Source: an uncultured virus (IMG/VR IMGVR_UViG_3300037189_010778)
Taxonomy: Duplodnaviria > Heunggongvirae > Uroviricota > Caudoviricetes
Virus record (IMG/VR): IMGVR_UViG_3300037189_010778
Span: 1 to 64,000 of that record
DNA: 64,000 nucleotides
Reading direction: 5' to 3' (one strand)
Shown here: positions 30,651 to 40,698 of the stretch, in pieces
How positions within the stretch are numbered: the stretch's first letter is position 1
Layout: the number at the start of each line of letters is the position of its first letter
Translations under genes and position numbers: made by a program
Notes under the pieces: model-generated
The model's input: the letters and a program-made list of their open reading frames with translations, nothing else
The model's database searches: none
Told to the model about the DNA's origin: nothing

Positions 30651-30914
30651 TTAAAGTTTATAAATTTTTAAAAGTAAATTACCTGTTCCTTTGATTACTC
30701 TATGCCACATATGTTTAGGAATAGATATGGGTTTATTCATAGATGTAGGTAATTGATTATCTAATTGTATTTGCCAATCTGTTTTTCCTAATATTTCTAC
30801 TATTCGAAATTCATCATCCCTATGCCACTTCAATTCAATAGGATCTATATTTTCATTAAATTCACGAATTATGTATTTATCTGTAACTTCTATATTTTTA
30901 TATGGTGCCATCAT
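30651..30914 (-). CDS. Small cupin-like protein
   Basis: WHRD...IPKHMWHRVIKG. Confidence 0.6.
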   Translation of the reverse strand: MMAPYKNIEVTDKYIIREFNENIDPIELKWHRDDEFRIVEILGKTDWQIQLDNQLPTSMNKPISIPKHMWHRVIKGTGNLLLKIYKL

Positions 30915-30915
30915 G

Positions 30916-31572
30916 TTAGTAGTATTGCCAGTAAATATCGTTAGGACCTAATTTTATTTTATATAAGCGTGGGTTTGTAGGATCACCGTAAAGCAATTCG
31001 GGATCTAATGATATGTATGCTCTATTATCATCACCATCATCTAGCATTATATCATCACCACTGTTCCAAAAACCATATTGTTCTATATCAGCTCTATACC
31101 ATCCGTTTAATACATTACTCCAAGATGGTTCATCATCTCTTTTCCATTCAGGTGTATTCCAAAGTGCGTCTACTAAGATTTTTTTAAATGATGGATTTAA
31201 CACCATATAATTAGCTAGTTGATCATTATTTTTGAATTTAGGTATAGGTTTATTAACCCGCATTTCATTTACAGGTTGTTTATCTAGTATTACTCCATAA
31301 TTCAATAGAAATTCTATAAATGAATCAACATTTCCTTCCCAATAATCTTTTTCTTTGATAAATTTATATGCTTCACGTTTTCTTAATGTTTTATTATCAC
31401 GTGACGCCACTTTAAACAGATAGATAGCATCAGATGTATCTTCATCAAAATCATACCTAATATCATCCCAGTCTTGATCTAACCATTTTTCAAATTCAGG
31501 ATTAAGATAATATATTTTATCATCAGGAAAATTAATCCGCATCTCATTTAATACATTTATTAATTTTATCAT
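30916..31572 (-). CDS. Two-domain protein, MIKLINVLNE leader, two EMR(V/I)NxP tags
   Basis: Motifs at 31525-31545 and 31246-31266. Confidence 0.7.
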   Translation of the reverse strand: MIKLINVLNEMRINFPDDKIYYLNPEFEKWLDQDWDDIRYDFDEDTSDAIYLFKVASRDNKTLRKREAYKFIKEKDYWEGNVDSFIEFLLNYGVILDKQPVNEMRVNKPIPKFKNNDQLANYMVLNPSFKKILVDALWNTPEWKRDDEPSWSNVLNGWYRADIEQYGFWNSGDDIMLDDGDDNRAYISLDPELLYGDPTNPRLYKIKLGPNDIYWQYY

Positions 31573-31584
31573 GATCGTTGATAT

Positions 31585-32238
31585 TTAATAGTTATGACAG
31601 TATAAAGTGTAATCGCCTTCTCCTATGTAAGATATTTCAATTTTTTTATAGCAAACGTTAGTAGTTATAGTAGTACCGCTTTTATCTCCAAAAATTTCAA
31701 AAAGTATTTCATTTGGTTTAAAACGAGTATAATATGATAATATATATTTTTTAGCTTCTTTTCCGTCTTCACTTAATTGATCTTCATCATTGTAAAAACT
31801 CCATTCATTTATTAAAAAATCATCTAATGAATCATAACCAAAACTTTTATAAAGTTCTTGTAGTGATGAATTACTTGTTATATAAGCTAACAAATATGGT
31901 TTTTTATCTATAAAATAATCCAAAATCTGTTCTTTAGAAAGAGATATAGGTTTATTAACTCGCATTTCACTTAAAGCTTCAACAGGTTCATACCAGTTTG
32001 TACAGTATTCATCAGCGGCATATGGTATCTTGTTAGTGCCAGCCCATTCAGCATAATATGTGTTATTACATACTTGATCTTCTTTATTCCACCATTTACA
32101 ATTAGCACAGCATGAACCTCCTTTAGGTACTTTCATTCCAGCTTTATGACTATCTGGTAGTTCCATAGGGCCAGGACCACCATATTCTTCTTTTAATTGT
32201 TGTTGTATTAGGTAATTAGTTATGTTGAATTGTTTCAT
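31585..32238 (-). CDS. Cys-rich domain fused to EMRVNKP-headed domain
   Basis: CCANC...C...C cluster; motif at 31948-31968. Confidence 0.7.
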   Translation of the reverse strand: MKQFNITNYLIQQQLKEEYGGPGPMELPDSHKAGMKVPKGGSCCANCKWWNKEDQVCNNTYYAEWAGTNKIPYAADEYCTNWYEPVEALSEMRVNKPISLSKEQILDYFIDKKPYLLAYITSNSSLQELYKSFGYDSLDDFLINEWSFYNDEDQLSEDGKEAKKYILSYYTRFKPNEILFEIFGDKSGTTITTNVCYKKIEISYIGEGDYTLYCHNY

Positions 32239-32242
32239 ATTT

Positions 32243-35200
32243 TTATGATTCTGTTAAATCGTTCATGTTATATATTCTGTTATAATCTTCTTGTTTTTCA
32301 GGCATACCTGATGAAAGATATACATTGTTTCCTAACATAGAATCACCAGATATGTTATCTTTTATGACGTTACCTTCTGCATCCATTATAACCCAAGATT
32401 CATAGTACATATTATCCTTATTAGATTTAGGAAGTAAAACATACTTTTTACCTTTATCATTAATAATAAACGGTACAGCGAATAATAAAGTACTATATTT
32501 TGTATTTTGATTGAATTTTTCAACTAAATTAATTATTGTTTTTCGTTCAGAAGTTGATAATTTACGCCATTGTTCTTCATCTATAGGGACTGGGTTTACT
32601 TCTTGTGTAGGCATTGCGTTTCTATTTTCTAAATCTTCACTACTTATATTAGTTCCTTCTTCATAAATCCATGGTTCAAATAATTTAATATATAATTCAT
32701 ATAATTGTTTAAGTTTTGGGTCACTAATATAATCAATAGCTTCTGGTGGGAGGAAATCAAGTTCTTTAGCCATTTTATTAACGTATGTTTTAGCAGCGTC
32801 TTCACCAAAATATTTTTTAATATATTCAAAAGATAAACTATCTTTTTCAAAAATATCTAAATATTGTTGTTTTTCTTCATCACTTAAATATTCAATAAAA
32901 GGTAAAGGTACAATGGTAGTTGATGTTTTACCTTGTTTATAGTCATCTAAAGCTCTAGTAAATCTAAATTTAGCATAACTTCGTGATAAAGCTTTACTAT
33001 CTTTCAAATCGTTATATGTAGGTTTATATCCAGTACCAGTTCGTAAAGCTAAATTTTTTAATTCTGGATCTAGGATTTTAAACATAGCACTATTAAATGC
33101 ATTTGGTTGATCTGCTCTATTAGCGATATATATTCTTTTTTGATTTCTGTTTAAATCTTTAAACATATTGAAATCTAAAATTTTATCTCTTACTAAAGCT
33201 TGATCAGTTTCTTCTTCAGATGGAGGGACATATTTAAATACATCTTTAAGATTTTTTATTTTTTCCCAAGCTTGTTTTCCACTTTCACCTCCATTTTTTA
33301 TCATAAATTGTCCCACTTCATCCCAAGACATTCCTTTATCATTTCCAGTAGCTTCATGATTTGAACCCCATTGATTTACAGTATCTGTCACTCCAAATTT
33401 ACCATTTTGGAAAGCATGTATTACAAAAAAGTGATACCAATTTATAAAATTTTCTCTATTTGATGGATTACCTTTTATATCCGCATTTTGAGTAGAATCT
33501 GCTACAAAATAAAAACTTCTAAATGCTCCACCTCGACCAAAACGATATGTGTAATATTGATTTGATGCTTCTTCTTTTCTACCTATACAAAATCCGTAAG
33601 AATAAATTTTATTATCTTCTCCTTTATATTTAAAAGCATAATTTAATTTAATACAACCACCGTAATCACTTCCTTCATAAATTTTAAGCCCATTATTGTT
33701 ATATACTACTGGTACTCCTTTTATATCAATAAGTTCAGCATCTTGAATTGTACTAAAATCTTTTGATGATTTTTCAGCTTTTCCACCATAAGCGTCTAAA
33801 ACAGTTTCTAAATCTTTCCAAGTATAATTTAAAATATCTTGTGGGTTTAAAATTTTATTAGTTTTAGGATCAGGTTCAGTAAATTTCTTAGGTACTATTA
33901 TTCCTCCAGCTTCTCCTTTAAGTCCTGCTTGTATTTTTTTAGGGAGATTTTGTTTAATTTGATCAAATCTATTTAACTTTTCTTTAATATCATCTTTTGA
34001 CAGAGTATTTTTCATTTCTTTTTGAAATTTTTCTGTCATTTGATTAATAATCTTTTCAGAGTACTCATTTAATTGAGTTCTTTTTGATTCTCTTAAATCT
34101 TTAAATTCTTTTGTTTTATATACTTTATCTATTTGTATTTCTCTATCATCAAATACTATTCTAACATTACCACCATAATGTGTATTTCCATCTATTCCAG
34201 CTCTTAATAAGAATAAAGAGGTATCTTTAGGAGGATTTTTAGATTTTTTTCCATAAAAATTTTCTATAGTATGATAAACTTTACTACCTATCATAGATGT
34301 ATTTATATTAACATCCACATTATCTTTTTGGGCTTGTTTATTAATTTTATCAACTTGATATTGAGGAATAGGACCATCCCAATTTAAATAATCAGGAGTT
34401 TTATTAGGAAATAATGTAACTTTATATATATAATGCATTGATTCCTGTTCTACTTCTAGATCTTTAATAATTTCTATAAATTTACGGTAGTTATCTAATA
34501 CTTCTTCTTTACTTTCAAAATCAGGTTCTTCTTCAAGAATAGAAATCATGTCTTCTGCATATTCTATATATTCTTTAGCTGTTTTTAGTCCTTGCGGTAA
34601 TCCAAAAAATACTTCATTTTCATATTCTAAACCTAATTCTTCAGCAGTTTTACCTTGAAATAATGTTTTAAACCTATGGGGTGTATTTATAGATAAAGCA
34701 TATCCTTTAACCATTTCTGGATTTTTTCCGAAATATAAACCCCATCCAATTACTTGTATTCCTGTTCCCCCACCCATTCCTTCACTGTGAAATTGTCTAA
34801 AATAATTTGGTGAACCATGCCATGCCTCTTCATTTTCATTTAATGGTTTAGTTTTATCTATTTTAGAAAATGTTTTTTTAATTTCTTTATTAAATGATTC
34901 AAGAAATATTTCAGCAAAAGTTTGTTTATGCATATTTTCTTTTTTTATCGGTTTTAGTTTTTTTATTAAATTTTCTCGTGCCCAAAATCTTTGACCAGTT
35001 TTATCATCATCTATTAAATACCAAGGAATACCATCTTTTTCAGTGTAATATCTGTTATAATCTTTAGATAAGGTTAATGTTTCATTACCTAATGATACTT
35101 TTTCTCCTGGGTAGAATTTTTTAGGCTCATTAACTCGCATTTCAACTAATGGAGCGTATTTTCTAATTAATGACATAGCTACCGACCTAGGTTCCCAAGA

Positions 35201-36079
35201 ATCAGGATTGTTTCTATCTATATGAGGAGTATCCATATATGGGGGAGGGTTAGTTATAGCACTTGTCGATACTACTTTTAAGTTATTATCTTCTTGCTCT
35301 GCTTTTTTAGACCAACGTGCTACATTCCATCCAGTAAATGCAGCTATTATTTTTTCTTTAGATAAATCTATTAAATAATTTTCTGGTTCACGATATGTTA
35401 ATTTTGGGATTTGTTTATAGTCATCATATGAGTGAATTTCTCCGTATGCCTTTTCATATTTGAACGGTTCATTAACTCGCATTTCCTTAATAACATCTGT
35501 TTTTTTAAATTCTCCTATCAAATATGATTCAAAATCATTATCATCAATAACATCAGCAAGATAAAATGAGTAGCAATCATTATTATTTATAACTTCATCT
35601 ACAGAATATTTTACACTTTTTGTTGTATATATTTCATCATCATAATCTATAATATCTTTTTTAACTTGGGCAAGAGCACTTCTAAATAAACAATCTATAT
35701 CTACATTTTCTTCATAGAATTTAGTTATTAATTTGTATAGATAGTTTTTTAAGTTAGGATTAATTTCAAGATATTCTTTAATATTTTCTTCATCTATCAG
35801 ATCTTCATTATTATATGATAAAAGTATTTCTTCACCATCTTTAAATATCTCATGATTATTAAAGATCATTTGATCTATTATAAAAGATTTGAGTACATCA
35901 TATTGTTCAATTAAATAATCTAAATCAATACCATCAGATTCAAATGTATCTATTACGCGTAAAACTACATAATCTTTAATTTTAGATATTATTTCAGGAG
36001 AAATACCATAAGTAAGAGATTTGGGTTTATTAACCCTCATCTCATTTAAAAATTTATCAGTCAGTTTAAATTCTATCAT
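32243..36079 (-). CDS. Large multidomain polyprotein with three EMRVNxP tags and an ADP-ribosyltransferase-like (ART-PolyVal-type) domain
   Basis: 1278 aa; WHGSPNYFRQF...GGGTG...GWGLYF near 34730-34822. Confidence 0.7.
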   Translation of the reverse strand: MIEFKLTDKFLNEMRVNKPKSLTYGISPEIISKIKDYVVLRVIDTFESDGIDLDYLIEQYDVLKSFIIDQMIFNNHEIFKDGEEILLSYNNEDLIDEENIKEYLEINPNLKNYLYKLITKFYEENVDIDCLFRSALAQVKKDIIDYDDEIYTTKSVKYSVDEVINNNDCYSFYLADVIDDNDFESYLIGEFKKTDVIKEMRVNEPFKYEKAYGEIHSYDDYKQIPKLTYREPENYLIDLSKEKIIAAFTGWNVARWSKKAEQEDNNLKVVSTSAITNPPPYMDTPHIDRNNPDSWEPRSVAMSLIRKYAPLVEMRVNEPKKFYPGEKVSLGNETLTLSKDYNRYYTEKDGIPWYLIDDDKTGQRFWARENLIKKLKPIKKENMHKQTFAEIFLESFNKEIKKTFSKIDKTKPLNENEEAWHGSPNYFRQFHSEGMGGGTGIQVIGWGLYFGKNPEMVKGYALSINTPHRFKTLFQGKTAEELGLEYENEVFFGLPQGLKTAKEYIEYAEDMISILEEEPDFESKEEVLDNYRKFIEIIKDLEVEQESMHYIYKVTLFPNKTPDYLNWDGPIPQYQVDKINKQAQKDNVDVNINTSMIGSKVYHTIENFYGKKSKNPPKDTSLFLLRAGIDGNTHYGGNVRIVFDDREIQIDKVYKTKEFKDLRESKRTQLNEYSEKIINQMTEKFQKEMKNTLSKDDIKEKLNRFDQIKQNLPKKIQAGLKGEAGGIIVPKKFTEPDPKTNKILNPQDILNYTWKDLETVLDAYGGKAEKSSKDFSTIQDAELIDIKGVPVVYNNNGLKIYEGSDYGGCIKLNYAFKYKGEDNKIYSYGFCIGRKEEASNQYYTYRFGRGGAFRSFYFVADSTQNADIKGNPSNRENFINWYHFFVIHAFQNGKFGVTDTVNQWGSNHEATGNDKGMSWDEVGQFMIKNGGESGKQAWEKIKNLKDVFKYVPPSEEETDQALVRDKILDFNMFKDLNRNQKRIYIANRADQPNAFNSAMFKILDPELKNLALRTGTGYKPTYNDLKDSKALSRSYAKFRFTRALDDYKQGKTSTTIVPLPFIEYLSDEEKQQYLDIFEKDSLSFEYIKKYFGEDAAKTYVNKMAKELDFLPPEAIDYISDPKLKQLYELYIKLFEPWIYEEGTNISSEDLENRNAMPTQEVNPVPIDEEQWRKLSTSERKTIINLVEKFNQNTKYSTLLFAVPFIINDKGKKYVLLPKSNKDNMYYESWVIMDAEGNVIKDNISGDSMLGNNVYLSSGMPEKQEDYNRIYNMNDLTES

Positions 36080-36443
36080 AATACTTTAAATCTTCTATAT
36101 GTTTTTCTTTACTAATATTTTTCTCTCTTAGTTTCCATTGATAGATTTCATCAGCGGGAGATAATTTTAGTACATGTCCGTTATAAATATATTCAATATA
36201 TTTAGCTTGCGGATTTATAAACAAATCAAATAAAAGATTTTCGTATCTATATTTTTTTATTAAACGGTGTTGCAATTTATCAACACCAAATAATTCATAT
36301 ATGTGAATACGTTTTGTTGATATAATGTCTATATCTTTAGGTTCACGATATGGGATAATTCCTTGTAATATTAAAGAAACACTTCCACCAATGTATATAT
36401 CTGGATGTGTTTGTTGGAATTTAGTTAAAACATCTTTAATCAT
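36066..36443 (-). CDS. Nucleotidyltransferase-like protein
   Basis: YIGGSVSLILQG...PKDIDII; KHIEDL. Confidence 0.6.
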   Translation of the reverse strand: MIKDVLTKFQQTHPDIYIGGSVSLILQGIIPYREPKDIDIISTKRIHIYELFGVDKLQHRLIKKYRYENLLFDLFINPQAKYIEYIYNGHVLKLSPADEIYQWKLREKNISKEKHIEDLKYYDRI

Positions 36444-37172
36444 TTAAAATACTTCCGGATTTTCTTTATAGTCTTTATAGCTTACAGTTAAGAACCCTTT
36501 ATTATTAAACTCACTAAGAGTTCTTGAATAATCTTCATCCCATAGTGGTTCCTTATAACTTATACCATCATTGTGTCTTTCTACTAAATATTCTTCTCCA
36601 ACATAATATCCATAAGCTATAGTAAATTTATTTGTACCTAATTGATTATATAAAGTCACAAATGGGAGTAATACATCTTCTATATCATCTTTTATTTCTT
36701 TTAAAGACATCAATTCTTCTTTATCTGGTTCTACTATTATATGATCACCTTCTATGTATGGTAATTCTTCTTGTGATTGCCAATAATCAGTACTATTATT
36801 AGCGTCTAAAATATATTTTAATATGCCTTGATTATCATTGTTATTATAATAGTCAACTAATGTTAATGCATCATTTTTAGTTAAAGTATCTTCAAATATG
36901 TCACTTATTGGTCCTTTCATAAATCTATATAGATCTTTAAAACCATAATACCCACCAGCTAAATAATTAATATCTTTTTTTAATTCATTAACTACATTTT
37001 GTAATGTGTCATTATATTCACTAAATCTTCCACCCATTTCAGAATCAGAATATATAAATTCTACTATTATATCTGCGTCAACATCTGTATAAGATTCACT
37101 AGTAGCTTTTATATACAATACGCCAGGTTCATTAACCCGCATTTCATTTAATATATCTATTAATTTAATCAT
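36444..37172 (-). CDS. Acidic hypothetical protein, MIKLIDILNE-MRVNEP leader
   Basis: 242 aa; motif 37125-37145. Confidence 0.7.
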   Translation of the reverse strand: MIKLIDILNEMRVNEPGVLYIKATSESYTDVDADIIVEFIYSDSEMGGRFSEYNDTLQNVVNELKKDINYLAGGYYGFKDLYRFMKGPISDIFEDTLTKNDALTLVDYYNNNDNQGILKYILDANNSTDYWQSQEELPYIEGDHIIVEPDKEELMSLKEIKDDIEDVLLPFVTLYNQLGTNKFTIAYGYYVGEEYLVERHNDGISYKEPLWDEDYSRTLSEFNNKGFLTVSYKDYKENPEVF

Positions 37173-37174
37173 AA

Positions 37175-38638
37175 TTAAATTCTATTTCCGTCCTCATCAA
37201 AGTTTTTAACATCTGGATAATACTTTCCAGAGCTATCAAACCATCCAACATATCTATCTTCGTCTTGACCAGCATATGGGCTATATACTGTTATTTCTTG
37301 ATTTTTCCTATCAATATTTACGGCAGTATAATAAGCATCGGGTGGTGCACCTAGGGCTGTACTGTAAGCAAATATGTCTTTTGTTACATGCGTTCCAGGT
37401 GATTTTTTAAGTAGATGACGTATTGCTAATAACGCTTTACTATCTTCATCTAAATCTTCATAATCTTTTAATCTGTATGTTTCACGCGCAGGTTCATATA
37501 AATCAAAACCATAATCTGATTCTCCAAAATACTCTACTAATACCCATAATGCTTCTTCATCTTTATTTGTTAATTGTCCTGGAATGTTAATCCGCATTTC
37601 TTTTACAGGAATACCCGCTAGTTTTTGCATGCGTTTCATTTCATCCAAACCTTCTAAACCAGTATCATCTTTTTTAAGATCAGAGTTTATATCACGCATA
37701 GTATAAAACGCCCATCTTTTTTGCTCATTTGTTAATTCATCATTGATAGCATTTTCAACAAATGAATAAAATTCATCATAATCTGCTATTTTATACAATT
37801 CAGCTAAAAATAAATCTCTAACACGAGGATCATCAAATTCAGACTCTACCCATATTTTAGTTATATTATTGTATATATATTGCCCAAATCTTATATCATC
37901 TAATTCATTTTTATATGTATCAACTTGATTAGTGACTTTTTTAGCTTCTTCTCCACCTGATTCTTTACGTTTAGGAAAAGATACATTTACTCTTCCTACT
38001 CCTTCTAATTGATCACCATAACGATCAATAACTTGCAATAATTTAGCTATTTGATTTTCATCATGATATCCACCAAATATATCATCCATAACTTGAGCAT
38101 AATCATCAGTTAATTCAGGATTAATAAGATCTAAATAATCTTTGTAATTATAATGACTGAATGCTCCTCGTACTGCTCCACCTTGTGTTATACTATTTAT
38201 GATACGTCTTTTTTCAGGAGAAACCTTATTATGGTAAGCTTGTTTAGATATAATCTCATATAATCCTTTAGCTATTTCATGCATTAAAATAGGAAATACT
38301 AATCCTCGAGCGTGAATTACAATATCATGTTTTTTTAGTAATTCTGGGTCAGTTTGGTATGGTTTTCCTAATTTGGTATCTTTTCCTAATTTAGCATCTA
38401 TACCTATCCCAGCATAGTCTATTACAGGATATACTTCTTTAGCTATTTGAACAGCTAAAGCTTCTAATTCATCCTTATAATCTGCTTCTGCTGCTTCTAA
38501 TTTATTTACTAAACTAAACGCGTTAGCCTGCATTTGTCCAGGTGATCTTCCTTTTAAAACTTTACTAAGAGTATCTTTAGATTTTCCTTTAAGTGTACCT
38601 AAAGTTTTAGGTGAGAATATATTTTTGTATTCAGCCAT
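37175..38638 (-). CDS. Hypothetical protein with appended RMQKLAGI-EMRINIP module
   Basis: 487 aa; FPILMHEIAKG; internal leader/tag at 37580-37639. Confidence 0.7.
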   Translation of the reverse strand: MAEYKNIFSPKTLGTLKGKSKDTLSKVLKGRSPGQMQANAFSLVNKLEAAEADYKDELEALAVQIAKEVYPVIDYAGIGIDAKLGKDTKLGKPYQTDPELLKKHDIVIHARGLVFPILMHEIAKGLYEIISKQAYHNKVSPEKRRIINSITQGGAVRGAFSHYNYKDYLDLINPELTDDYAQVMDDIFGGYHDENQIAKLLQVIDRYGDQLEGVGRVNVSFPKRKESGGEEAKKVTNQVDTYKNELDDIRFGQYIYNNITKIWVESEFDDPRVRDLFLAELYKIADYDEFYSFVENAINDELTNEQKRWAFYTMRDINSDLKKDDTGLEGLDEMKRMQKLAGIPVKEMRINIPGQLTNKDEEALWVLVEYFGESDYGFDLYEPARETYRLKDYEDLDEDSKALLAIRHLLKKSPGTHVTKDIFAYSTALGAPPDAYYTAVNIDRKNQEITVYSPYAGQDEDRYVGWFDSSGKYYPDVKNFDEDGNRI

Positions 38639-38645
38639 GATTTTT

Positions 38646-38915
38646 TTATTTTTTAGATCTGTATCTTTTTATTATTTTTCTTAAAATAGCATCCTTTTCA
38701 TCTTCATTCACAGCTTTATCTGGTGTTTCATCTGGTGTTTCCTTTGGTGGAGTTAGAGGTCGGCGTGGACCTGGTTTTTCTATTGGGAGGCCAGGATGAA
38801 CTTCTGGTTCCGTACCAGGTTGTGTAGATGGTGAAGGTTTAGGAGCTGGTTGATTTTCTCTTAAAGCTGTTTTTATTTCTTCTCTGATAATTTTTTTTAA
38901 GTCTGATTTTTTCAT
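38646..38915 (-). CDS. Pro-rich small protein, MKKSDLKKIIREEIKTALRE leader
   Basis: 89 aa ORF. Confidence 0.65.
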   Translation of the reverse strand: MKKSDLKKIIREEIKTALRENQPAPKPSPSTQPGTEPEVHPGLPIEKPGPRRPLTPPKETPDETPDKAVNEDEKDAILRKIIKRYRSKK

Positions 38916-38935
38916 TGTTTATTGATTTATATTAT

Positions 38936-39637
38936 TTATTTTGTTTTGCCCCATTTTTTGCCTTTACCTTTTGTTTTACATTGGGCTGGTGTAGGGCGAC
39001 ATGATGGATATTTAGAGCGTTTTTCTCCTGCTTTTCTTCCACATGCCTTACATTTAGGTTTACCTCCTTCATTATGACATGTATTACAATCAACCCATCC
39101 ACCTTCTTTACCTGATGGGCCTTGACGTTTAAACCATTTATGAAGTGATTCGTCTTCTTTTAAATCTTTCCAAATTTTACCTTGGCGACATCTAACAATA
39201 GCACCTGATTTGTAAGCCGAGGGTTTATCATATCTTTTATCAGCAATACGTTTACAGCGATCTTCTTTTTCTTGTAATACTTCCTTAATTAATTTTTGTA
39301 TTATACTTTCATTAACTATAATAGGATTAGAAACATATTTAGCACCTCTAACATCAGGTAATTTTTTAATATCTGATAATATTTTATCATATGATTTACT
39401 ATCAAATGGATTAAAAGGTGATGGATCTATTTTAAGACTAAGCTTAACAAAGTGTCTACCTTGTTCTGTATTATAATCTGAAGCTATAGTATCAACTATA
39501 GTCACTCCAGGAACGGCACGTATATCAGATATTACATCCGCTATTGGTCTATTTCCAGCTGTAATAGCTACATTACAATTAATTTGATAGACATTTGGAT
39601 TATATGATTCGTTTATTAAATCAGTAATTTTAATCAT
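38936..39637 (-). CDS. Multi-segment hypothetical protein (MIKITDLINE leader; basic Cys-rich C-terminus)
   Basis: 233 aa; segments bounded by LINE, IVNE, VLQE, LKE. Confidence 0.65.
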   Translation of the reverse strand: MIKITDLINESYNPNVYQINCNVAITAGNRPIADVISDIRAVPGVTIVDTIASDYNTEQGRHFVKLSLKIDPSPFNPFDSKSYDKILSDIKKLPDVRGAKYVSNPIIVNESIIQKLIKEVLQEKEDRCKRIADKRYDKPSAYKSGAIVRCRQGKIWKDLKEDESLHKWFKRQGPSGKEGGWVDCNTCHNEGGKPKCKACGRKAGEKRSKYPSCRPTPAQCKTKGKGKKWGKTK

Positions 39638-39648
39638 GGTTATAAATA

Positions 39649-40305
39649 TTACCAGTATCCACTAAAATTTGAACCTCCACCTAATGATTTCCAGTATCTA
39701 CCTATATTACATGACCAGTATCCAGGTTTTGTACGGTCTTTTTTCTTGTCACACTGCTGTCTAGAGGCAAATGCTTTACGTGCTTTTGGGTCTCGTATTT
39801 TAACGGCTAAATTTTGTCCACCACCGGCGGCACCAAAGGATACCTTTTTTACTTTTTTGGTTTTAGGATCACGAACATAAACATAAAATTTTTTAGACCC
39901 ACCACGTTTAGGTTTATTTAATTGTACTTTTTTACCTTGATATTCTGATTCATTTAATGGTAAATCTAAAGGTACTTTTTGTCCTTCATATATTCCATAT
40001 TCGCCTAAATTAGTTTCAACAATGATTTTTTTATCTTCACCAGATAAATGTATAGCATCGCGTGAGTATAAATAGCGTGCTTCAGCCCATAGATCTAAAA
40101 ATGCGTCTGAACCGTATCTAAATGTGTTTTCTGTTAATGGCTTTTTATTACTGATGTGGTATTGCATATTTTCAGTCATAATTATTTTAGCGCCTAAACT
40201 TTCGTTTAACATAGGAGCTTTAGCACACTTATCATGACACCCACACCCACAATCATAGGCATGTTTAGCTAATACTTCTTTAATTAATTTACGTAGATTA
40301 TTCAT
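39649..40305 (-). CDS. Hypothetical protein (LRKLIKEVL leader; basic C-terminal domain)
   Basis: 218 aa; LNE-SEYQGKKVQLNKP...KKFYVYV...VSFG. Confidence 0.65.
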   Translation of the reverse strand: MNNLRKLIKEVLAKHAYDCGCGCHDKCAKAPMLNESLGAKIIMTENMQYHISNKKPLTENTFRYGSDAFLDLWAEARYLYSRDAIHLSGEDKKIIVETNLGEYGIYEGQKVPLDLPLNESEYQGKKVQLNKPKRGGSKKFYVYVRDPKTKKVKKVSFGAAGGGQNLAVKIRDPKARKAFASRQQCDKKKDRTKPGYWSCNIGRYWKSLGGGSNFSGYW

Positions 40306-40316
40306 GATAATAAATA

Positions 40317-40652
40317 TTATGTTACTTTAAATTCTTTATCACCTATTTTTAGATCAGTAATAGTGTCTACACTTATCATTCTATAACCGTTACCTGTTTT
40401 TTTATGGGCATTTGGGTCCCATACTGGAATTAAATTTTTTGCTTCTGGGTCGTATGGTAATTCACCCCCTCTTAGGTATTGTTTAACTCCTAAACGAGCA
40501 TTCATAACTCGTTTTGTATTGTCTTTTTTAATAAAAGTAACTGTGAAAAATTTACCTTTTGTAGCTTTAATCAGTCTTTTAGCCTCTCTTGAATTTATAG
40601 TTGTTACAGGAGGTTTTACATTTTTATCGTCTTCTAAAAGTATCATTTTCAT
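40317..40652 (-). CDS. SH3/WYL-like beta-barrel protein
   Basis: FFTVTFIKKD.T.RVM...VWD...YRMI pattern. Confidence 0.5.
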   Translation of the reverse strand: MKMILLEDDKNVKPPVTTINSREAKRLIKATKGKFFTVTFIKKDNTKRVMNARLGVKQYLRGGELPYDPEAKNLIPVWDPNAHKKTGNGYRMISVDTITDLKIGDKEFKVT

Positions 40653-40663
40653 AATTTTTTTAC

Positions 40664-40695
40664 TAAATATATTAAAAATATTTTAAAAAACCAAA
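40664..40695 (-). promoter_or_regulatory. Bacteroidota-type -33/-7 promoter
   Basis: TTTG-N20-TATATTTA. Confidence 0.65.
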
Positions 40696-40698
40696 TTT

